Source: Candidatus Omnitrophota bacterium (GTDB taxonomy: Bacteria > Omnitrophota > Gorgyraeia > Zapsychrales > Zapsychraceae). From it: 52,368 bases of DNA. Of the stretch, positions 45,834-52,368 are shown one piece after another. Position numbers and translations under genes: made by a program. The notes under the pieces were generated by a model. It worked only from the letters and a program-made list of their open reading frames with translations, had not been told where the DNA came from and did no database searches. The stretch is from NCBI GenBank assembly GCA_029568545.1, contig JAKQAH010000165.1:1-52368 (forward strand). The letters run 5' to 3'. Position 1 is the stretch's first letter; every line of letters starts with the position of its first letter.

Positions 45834-46748
45834 GTGAAAAAAGACGCTTTCGATATCGCTCAAATCCCTGGGGTCAAATTCTTCAAGCGCGGGAAGGTCC
45901 GGGAAATCTATTGTTATCAGGACAAGTTCCTCATGATCGCTTCGGATAGGATATCCTCGTTTGACGTGGTTTTGCCGACGGCCATTCCTTTTAAGGGCGA
46001 GATCCTGACGCAAATATCCGCGTTCTGGTTCGCGTTCATCAAAGACATCATCGATAATCATTTGATCACGGCGGATGTCGACCAATTTCCGGCGGAGCTC
46101 TCGAAATGCAGGGAGGCGCTTCGCGGGCGGACCATGCTGGTTAAGAAAGCAACGCCGGTTCCGGTGGAGTGTGTGGTCCGGGGCTATCTGTCCGGTTCCG
46201 GGTGGGCCGAATATCAAAAAACCCAAACAGTCTGCGGTATCAAATTGCCGGCCGGATTGCGCGAATCCGACAAATTGAAAGAGCCTATTTTCACGCCCGC
46301 GACCAAAGAGGAAACCGGGCATGATATCAATGTCAGCCAGGAATATATCGAAAAAGAGATCGGGAAAAAGCTGGCCACCCGGCTGAAAGAAATAACGATC
46401 GCGATCTACAAAAAGACCAGCGCCTATGCCGAGTCCAAAGGGATCATCATTGCCGATACGAAGTTTGAATTCGGCACTTTGGAGGACGGGACCCTGATCA
46501 TTATTGATGAGGCCCTTACTCCCGATTCGTCGCGGTTTTGGCCGAAAGACGGATATAAGCCCGGGCAGTCCCAGGCGAGTTTCGATAAGCAATATGTCCG
46601 CGACTATCTGCTCACCTTGGATTGGGACAAGACCTATCCGGGGCCGGAACTTCCGCAAGAAATTGTCGAAAAAACATACCAAAAATATTCGCAGGCTTAT
46701 GAAATGCTGACCGGTAAAAAATTCCGGAATTCTTCCGAAAAGGCTTGA
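45834..46748 (+). CDS. purC: phosphoribosylaminoimidazole-succinocarboxamide synthase
   Basis: GTG at 45834 lies 6 nt after GGGAG; the ORF track starts at TTG 45792. Motifs GKVREIY, SDRISSFD, VRGYLSGSGW, IIADTKFEFG and DEALTPDSSRFW. Confidence 0.9.
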   Translation: MKKDAFDIAQIPGVKFFKRGKVREIYCYQDKFLMIASDRISSFDVVLPTAIPFKGEILTQISAFWFAFIKDIIDNHLITADVDQFPAELSKCREALRGRTMLVKKATPVPVECVVRGYLSGSGWAEYQKTQTVCGIKLPAGLRESDKLKEPIFTPATKEETGHDINVSQEYIEKEIGKKLATRLKEITIAIYKKTSAYAESKGIIIADTKFEFGTLEDGTLIIIDEALTPDSSRFWPKDGYKPGQSQASFDKQYVRDYLLTLDWDKTYPGPELPQEIVEKTYQKYSQAYEMLTGKKFRNSSEKA

Positions 46749-46801
46749 TCCCTCAACGGTTTGGGCCGTCATCAAATGTGTTTTCCGCCATAAATTTTGG
46801 C

Positions 46802-46830
46802 TTGTTCGGATTTTCTTTTTGTTGTAGAAT
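46802..46830 (+). promoter_or_regulatory. sigma70-like promoter between purC and the UPF0371 gene
   Basis: TTGTTC, 17-nt spacer, TAGAAT. Confidence 0.35.
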
Positions 46831-46870
46831 ACCACCCTATGATTGGCGCCAACTTATTAATGATTGATGC

Positions 46871-46902
46871 AAAGGTAACCCGGACGGGTTACCTTTTTTT
46901 TT
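46871..46902 (+). terminator. rho-independent terminator 14 nt upstream of the UPF0371 start codon
   Basis: AAAGGTAACCC / loop GGAC / GGGTTACCTTT, followed by a run of nine T. Confidence 0.8.
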
Positions 46903-46916
46903 GAAAAGGAAGACGC

Positions 46917-48485
46917 ATGGAAACATCGACTGAAGCGCAAGATCAAACGGCCCGGAGCATCAAAAGGATTGGGTTTGATAATGCCAAATATCTCCAAGAG
47001 CAGACGGAGGCGATCCTCAAAAGGGTCAATCAATTCGGCAATAAGCTGTATCTGGAATTCGGCGGCAAGCTTCTTTTTGATTACCATGCTGCGCGCGTTT
47101 TGCCCGGCTTCGATCCGAATGTGAAAATGAAGCTGCTCCAGCAGCTTAAGGACCAGGCGGACATCATCCTCTGCATTTATGCCGGCGATATCGAGCGCCG
47201 GAAGATTCGGGCGGATTTCGGCATCACGTACGATGTGGACGCGATGAAGCTGATCGATGATTTGGAAGAATGGGGCCTGAAGGTCACGGCGGTCGTCATT
47301 ACAAGGTTCGAAAATCAGCCATCGGCGGTCATCTTCAAGAACAAGCTCGAACGCCAAGGCATTACGGTCTATACTCATCGTTACACGAAAGGATATCCGA
47401 CGGATATCGATCTGATTGTCAGCGACGAAGGCTACGGCGCCAATGATTACATTAAGACCAAGAAACCGCTGGTGATCGTCACCGGCCCCGGGCCGGGCAG
47501 CGGAAAGCTGGCCACCTGCCTTTCCCAGCTCTATCACGATCATCTTCAAAACAAACAATCTGGCTATTCAAAATTTGAGACCTTCCCGATCTGGAATTTG
47601 CCCCTGAAGCATCCTGTCAATATCGCCTACGAATCGGCGACGGCGGATATCCGCGATTTTAATATGATCGATTCGTTCCATTTGGAAGCTTACGGCGAAA
47701 CGGCGGTAAACTACAACCGCGACCTCGAAGTGTTTCCCGTCCTGCGGCGGATCTTGGAGAAGATCACGGGAAAGAAATCTATTTATCAGTCGCCGACGGA
47801 TATGGGGGTCAATTGCGCCGGGTTTGGCATCGTTGACGATGATGTCGTGCGCGAGGCGTCCAAGCAAGAAGCGATCCGGCGGTATTTTCGGTATGCTTGC
47901 GAATATGCCATGGGAGTGACGGACAAAGAAACTGTCCAACGGGCTGAATTGATCATGGAGGAGCTTGGAGTCAGGCCGGAAGACCGCAAAGTTGTCGGCC
48001 CGGCGCGCCAAGCGGCCGTCGACGCCGAGCAAAAAGGCAAGGGCAACAAAGGGATGTTCTGCGGCGCCGCCATCGAGCTGAGCGACGGGCGGATCATCAC
48101 AGGCAAGAATTCCCCCTTGATGCACGCGGTCTCAAGCCTCATTTTGAATGTGATCAAAGACCTCTCCCGGATCCCCGACAATATCCATTTGCTGTCGCCG
48201 ATCACGATCGAATCCGTATCGAGATTCAAAAAAGATATCCTGGACCAGAAAACACCCAGCCTGAACTTAGAAGAGGTCCTGATCAGCCTCGCGATCAGCG
48301 CCACGACGAATTCGGCGGCGCAATTAGCCTTGGAAAAGCTCAATGAACTCAGAGGCTGCGAGCTCCATTTGACGCATATTCCCACTCCCGGAGATGAAGC
48401 CGGGTTGCGCCATTTGGGCGTGAACCTGACAAGCGATGCGAATTTCTCAACGCATGGATTCTACGAAAGCTGCAAAGACCGCTGA
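46917..48485 (+). CDS. UPF0371/DUF1846 family protein
   Basis: GFDNAKYLQEQTEAILKRV...KLYLEFGGKLLFDYHAARVLPGFDPN is the characteristic N-terminus of DUF1846. Length is 522 aa. Confidence 0.8.
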   Translation: METSTEAQDQTARSIKRIGFDNAKYLQEQTEAILKRVNQFGNKLYLEFGGKLLFDYHAARVLPGFDPNVKMKLLQQLKDQADIILCIYAGDIERRKIRADFGITYDVDAMKLIDDLEEWGLKVTAVVITRFENQPSAVIFKNKLERQGITVYTHRYTKGYPTDIDLIVSDEGYGANDYIKTKKPLVIVTGPGPGSGKLATCLSQLYHDHLQNKQSGYSKFETFPIWNLPLKHPVNIAYESATADIRDFNMIDSFHLEAYGETAVNYNRDLEVFPVLRRILEKITGKKSIYQSPTDMGVNCAGFGIVDDDVVREASKQEAIRRYFRYACEYAMGVTDKETVQRAELIMEELGVRPEDRKVVGPARQAAVDAEQKGKGNKGMFCGAAIELSDGRIITGKNSPLMHAVSSLILNVIKDLSRIPDNIHLLSPITIESVSRFKKDILDQKTPSLNLEEVLISLAISATTNSAAQLALEKLNELRGCELHLTHIPTPGDEAGLRHLGVNLTSDANFSTHGFYESCKDR

Positions 48486-48541
48486 AACAAAACAAATTCA
48501 ACGCATAACCGCGGCAGCGACTAACAACGAAAGAGAGAAGT

Positions 48542-51500
48542 ATGCCTAGACGCAAAGATATCAAGAAGGTCCTCATTATCGGTTCCGGCCCCATCATTAT
48601 CGGGCAGGCGTGCGAATTTGATTATTCCGGCACGCAGGCCTGCAAGGCTTTAAGGGAGGAAGGGTTTGAGGTCGTTTTGGTCAATTCCAATCCGGCGACG
48701 ATTATGACGGACCCCGGGATGGCAGATAAAACATATATCGAGCCCCTGACGGTCGAAAGCCTGGCCGAGATCATCCAAAAAGAGCGCCCCGACGGGATTC
48801 TCCCGAACTTGGGCGGGCAGACGGGACTGAACCTGACGTCCGCTTTGCATAAGGAAGGGGTTCTGAAGAAATACGGCGTCCAAATTATCGGCGTGAAGGC
48901 TGACGCGATCGAGCGCGGGGAAGACCGCATCATTTTTAAAGAGACCATGAACAAGCTGGGCATCCCCATGCCCAAATCCGAACCCACCTATTCTGTCGAG
49001 GAGGCCGAAAAGATCGCCGAGAAACTCGGATATCCGGTTGTGCTGCGTCCGGCCTATACGATGGGCGGGACGGGCGGCGGCATCGTTTACAATGTCGAAG
49101 AATTGCGAACGGTCGTCACGCGGGGATTAGCCGCGAGCCTGATCCATCAGGTGCTCGTCGAAGAATCGGTGTACGGCTGGGAAGAGTTGGAGCTTGAGGT
49201 TGTCCGGGATGAGAAGGACCGCAAGATCACGGTCTGTTTTATCGAGAATATCGATGCCATGGGGGTGCATACGGGCGATAGTTTCTGCGCGGCCCCGATG
49301 CTGACCGTTCCCGAAAGTTTGCAGAAACGCATGCAGGATTACAGCTACAAGATCGTTGATGCCATAGGGGTCGTCGGCGGCACCAATATCCAGTTCGCCC
49401 ATAATTTGAAAGATGACCGGTTGGTCGTTATCGAGATCAATCCGAGAACGTCGCGGTCATCGGCTCTGGCCTCGAAAGCCACCGGATTCCCGATCGCCCG
49501 GATTTCGACCAAGCTCGCGGCCGGATTGAACATGGAAGAACTTCCTTACTGGCGCAAAGGGACCCTGGATCAATACGAGCCATGGGGCGATTACGTTGTG
49601 ATTAAATTCGCCCGATGGGCATTTGAAAAATTCCCCCAAGCCAAAGATGTTCTGGGAACGCAGATGAAAGCGGTGGGCGAAGTCATGAGCATTGCCAAGA
49701 CCTTCAAAGAGTCGTTTCAGAAAGCCATCCGTTCGCTCGAGACAAAACGGTACGGGCTGGGCGGCGCCAAGAATTTCAAGGCGCTTTCCTTGGATGAGCT
49801 CAAGCTGAAGATCGCTATGCCGTCGAGCGAGCGCATTTTTCTGGTCTATGAATGCCTGCGCAAAGGGATGAGTGTGGAGGAGCTTTATCGGACGACGTTC
49901 ATCGGGCGGTGGTTCCTCGGGCAGATGAAGGAAATGGTTGAGTTCGAGGAAGAATTGATCAGAACGAAGTGGGGAAAACTTTCCGATCAGCAGCTCAAGG
50001 CTGCCAAGGAAATGGGGTTCTCTGACCGTTATTTGGCCGGTCTTTTTAATGTCGCTGAGAAAGAAATCCGAAAGAGAAGAATTGCGGCCGGGATAACGGC
50101 CCGCTACCAAGCTGTTCCTGTCAGCGGCGTTGACAATGCGGCTTACTATTATTCAACGTACAAAGACATCAAAGACGAAGTTCCCGTTTCCCCCAAGAAG
50201 AAGATCATGATTTTAGGAGGCGGGCCCAACCGGATCGGCCAGGGGATCGAGTTTGATTACGCGTGCGTGCATGCGGCGTTTGCCCTGCGCGATGCGGGCT
50301 ATGAATCGATCATGGTCAATTGCAATCCCGAGACGGTTTCGACGGATTATGATACGTCGAATAAGCTTTACTTTGAGCCGCTCACCGTTGAAGATGTTCT
50401 GAATATTTACGAGAAGGAAAAGCCTGTCGGGGTTGTCGTTCAGTTTGGTGGGCAAACGCCGCTCAATATTGCCCAGGAGCTGAAGGAGAATGGGGTTCCG
50501 ATCCTGGGAACCACGCCCGAGAGCATTCATTTCGCGGAAGACAGGGAGCGTTTCCGCCAAAAAATGATCGATCTGAACATCCTCCAGCCGGAAAGCGGGA
50601 CGGCAAAGTCGCTGGAAGAGGCTTTAAAGATCGCGAAACAGATCGGGTATCCGCTCATGGTCCGCCCGTCGTATGTTCTCGGCGGCAGGGGCATGGAAGT
50701 TATTTATGATGAGAAGGCTTTGAGAAAATATGCGTTAGAGGCGATCCAGGTCAGCCCCGAGCATCCGATGCTGATCGATCGGTTCTTGGAAAATGCGGTT
50801 GAAACCGAAGTCGACGCGCTGGCCGATGGTACAGATGCGTACATCGCTTCTGTGATGGAGCATATCGAATTAGCCGGCGTTCATTCCGGCGATTCCGCCT
50901 GCTCCATTCCCAGCCGGACGATCAAGCCCGAACACATGAAAACGATCGAAAAATATTCCCAAGCGATCGCTAAAGAATTGAAAGTCGTCGGGCTGATCAA
51001 TATCCAGTTTGCGATATGCGACGATAAGGTGTATATCTTGGAAGCCAACCCGCGCGCGTCGAGGACGGTGCCGATCGTTTCCAAGGTCGCGGGAATTTCT
51101 TTGGCGCGTCTTGCCATGCAGATCATGCTGGGCAAGAAATTGAGGGATTTGCCGGAATTGCACGCTAAAAAGATCCCTTATTTCGGCGTGAAAGAAGCGG
51201 TCTTTCCGTTCAATATGTTCCCTGAGGTGGATCCGATCCTCGGGCCTGAAATGAGGGCGACGGGCGAAGTCATGGGCCTCGCTGAAACTTTTGGGCTGGC
51301 CTTCTATAAAGCCCAGGAATCGGCGGGATACAGGCTCCCTCTTAAAGGCAACGTTCTTTTGACGGTTGCCAAGAAAGACCGGGGCCATCTGCTGCCCATT
51401 GCCCAGAAGATCGCGACGCTGGAATTCCATATTCTGGCGACGGAAGGAACGCACCAATTTCTGAAGGACAATGGGATTAAAAGCTCCCAGATCAAGAAGC

Positions 51501-51778
51501 TGCATGAAGGAAGGCCCAATATCTCGGATGCCATTAAGAATAACGAGCTGAGCCTGATTATCAATACGCCCGTCGGCAAAGAAAGCAAATACGACGATAG
51601 CTATATCCGGATGATGGCGATCCAAAGGAAGGTCCCTTATGTGACATCAATCGCGGCCGCGGAAGCGACCATTGACGGCATCTGCGAGATGACAAAAAAC
51701 AAGATGCAGCCCAAGGCCTTGCAGGAGTATCATGCGGCGCTTCAAAATGAGAAGCTGATTTTAAGCGAAACCGTTTAA
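48542..51778 (+). CDS. carB: carbamoyl-phosphate synthase large subunit
   Basis: Duplicated ATP-grasp halves (IGSGPIIIGQACEFDYSG and LGGGPNRIGQGIEFDY). Oligomerisation and MGS-like C-terminal domains. 1078 aa. No carA is adjacent. Confidence 0.95.
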   Translation: MPRRKDIKKVLIIGSGPIIIGQACEFDYSGTQACKALREEGFEVVLVNSNPATIMTDPGMADKTYIEPLTVESLAEIIQKERPDGILPNLGGQTGLNLTSALHKEGVLKKYGVQIIGVKADAIERGEDRIIFKETMNKLGIPMPKSEPTYSVEEAEKIAEKLGYPVVLRPAYTMGGTGGGIVYNVEELRTVVTRGLAASLIHQVLVEESVYGWEELELEVVRDEKDRKITVCFIENIDAMGVHTGDSFCAAPMLTVPESLQKRMQDYSYKIVDAIGVVGGTNIQFAHNLKDDRLVVIEINPRTSRSSALASKATGFPIARISTKLAAGLNMEELPYWRKGTLDQYEPWGDYVVIKFARWAFEKFPQAKDVLGTQMKAVGEVMSIAKTFKESFQKAIRSLETKRYGLGGAKNFKALSLDELKLKIAMPSSERIFLVYECLRKGMSVEELYRTTFIGRWFLGQMKEMVEFEEELIRTKWGKLSDQQLKAAKEMGFSDRYLAGLFNVAEKEIRKRRIAAGITARYQAVPVSGVDNAAYYYSTYKDIKDEVPVSPKKKIMILGGGPNRIGQGIEFDYACVHAAFALRDAGYESIMVNCNPETVSTDYDTSNKLYFEPLTVEDVLNIYEKEKPVGVVVQFGGQTPLNIAQELKENGVPILGTTPESIHFAEDRERFRQKMIDLNILQPESGTAKSLEEALKIAKQIGYPLMVRPSYVLGGRGMEVIYDEKALRKYALEAIQVSPEHPMLIDRFLENAVETEVDALADGTDAYIASVMEHIELAGVHSGDSACSIPSRTIKPEHMKTIEKYSQAIAKELKVVGLINIQFAICDDKVYILEANPRASRTVPIVSKVAGISLARLAMQIMLGKKLRDLPELHAKKIPYFGVKEAVFPFNMFPEVDPILGPEMRATGEVMGLAETFGLAFYKAQESAGYRLPLKGNVLLTVAKKDRGHLLPIAQKIATLEFHILATEGTHQFLKDNGIKSSQIKKLHEGRPNISDAIKNNELSLIINTPVGKESKYDDSYIRMMAIQRKVPYVTSIAAAEATIDGICEMTKNKMQPKALQEYHAALQNEKLILSETV

Positions 51779-51805
51779 TCGTAAAAATATCATCGGAGAG
51801 CAGCC

Positions 51806-52368
51806 ATGAGCGGAATTTTCGGGGTAGTATCAAAAAAAGAATGCGCGCGGACCCTGTTTTACGGAGTTGATTACCATTCGCATTTGGGGACGGAATACGG
51901 CGGGATGGCGGTCTTGGGCGATAAATTCACCCGGCAGATCCATAATATCAGCCAGAGCCAGTTTAAGTCGAAGTTTTACGAAGATTATCATCAGATGAAA
52001 GGCAATAAAGGGATTGGCGCCATCAGCGATTTCGATGAGCAGCCCATGTACCTGAATTCCAAATTCGGCCCGTTTTGCATTGTCACCGCAGGGTTGATCG
52101 AAAATGCCCAGAAGCTGCAGAATCTTCTTTTTGAAAAAGGCATTTCTTTCAGCGAGGTCAGCCACGGGGGGATTAACACAACGGAATTGATTGCCAAGCT
52201 GATCAGCCTCGGCCATAATATTGTCGACGGCATCGAGAAGATGTTCGACCTGATTGAAGGCTCCTGCTCGCTTTTGATCCTCAATAAAGACGGCGTTTAT
52301 GCGGCCCGGGATCGGTGGGGATATACGCCTTTGGTAGTCGGCGAAAAAGACGGAGAATGGGTTATTGC
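51806..52368 (+). CDS. class II (Ntn) glutamine amidotransferase, amidophosphoribosyltransferase-like, 5' fragment (runs off window), N-terminal Ser instead of Cys
   Basis: Absent from the ORF track because no stop occurs before the window end. RBS GGAGAG lies 5 nt upstream. My translation reads MSGIFGVVSKKEC...GIGAISDFDEQPMYL...SHGGINTTELIAKLI...GSCSLLILNKDGVYAARDRWGYTPLVVG, which follows the PurF GATase layout. Confidence 0.6.
   Translation, partial: MSGIFGVVSKKECARTLFYGVDYHSHLGTEYGGMAVLGDKFTRQIHNISQSQFKSKFYEDYHQMKGNKGIGAISDFDEQPMYLNSKFGPFCIVTAGLIENAQKLQNLLFEKGISFSEVSHGGINTTELIAKLISLGHNIVDGIEKMFDLIEGSCSLLILNKDGVYAARDRWGYTPLVVGEKDGEWVI

Noticed and set aside
45810-47558. Long minus-strand ORFs 45810-46835 (341 aa) and 46857-47558 (233 aa)
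   Set aside because: They are antisense to purC and the DUF1846 gene, both of which carry strong family motifs. The same reasoning applies to 43899-44735, 35540-36355, 49457-50110 and 50870-51625, which lie opposite the PEP-binding, GGDEF and carB genes.

Overview
52.4-kb window from a diderm (Gram-negative-type) bacterium, roughly 50% G+C by eye. Phylum cannot be assigned from sequence alone. Most of it is densely packed housekeeping DNA. One + strand block reads metG(3' end)-mtnA-thiL-tsaE-tsaB-alr-receiver. The rest includes lptF/lptG, comF, pyrE, maf, an M48 protease, lpdA, tRNA-Leu(CAG), smpB and ssrA (tmRNA). It also includes a MoxR-DUF58-transglutaminase operon, a HisKA_2 kinase, a PLD-family lipoprotein and a deacetylase/Pat acetyltransferase pair. 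Further genes are a PAS-GAF-GGDEF cyclase, ttcA, purC, a UPF0371 gene, carB and the 5' part of a purF-like gene. I found no rRNA, CRISPR array, transposase or integrase.

Three regions look non-standard:
- (1) A 1210-aa putative lipoprotein at 38260-41892 is made of 24 tandem 44-residue six-cysteine modules (132-bp DNA period, about 157 Cys). I do not recognise the family.
- (2) A four-gene locus of signal-peptide proteins lies just downstream of ssrA (14299-20073). It encodes a triplicated pilin-like protein, a small pilin-like protein, a chaperone-like protein and a 950-aa outer-membrane protein with a secretin-N-like domain and SdrD-B-like domains. It looks like a non-canonical fibre/pilus assembly system.
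- (3) Next to that locus, a structured leader of about 220 nt has a c-di-GMP-I (GEMM-I)-like core and an intrinsic terminator. It sits in front of an 85-aa secreted protein.

Smaller oddities:
- a 161-nt three-tier palindrome between convergent genes;
- degenerate tandem copies of the ssrA 3' end;
- an unusually long tmRNA tag;
- a purF-like gene with Ser in place of the catalytic Cys;
- a P-loop-less KaiC-like domain fused to a PEP/pyruvate-binding domain.

All functional calls rest on motifs I recognised by eye in the supplied translations. No database search was run.
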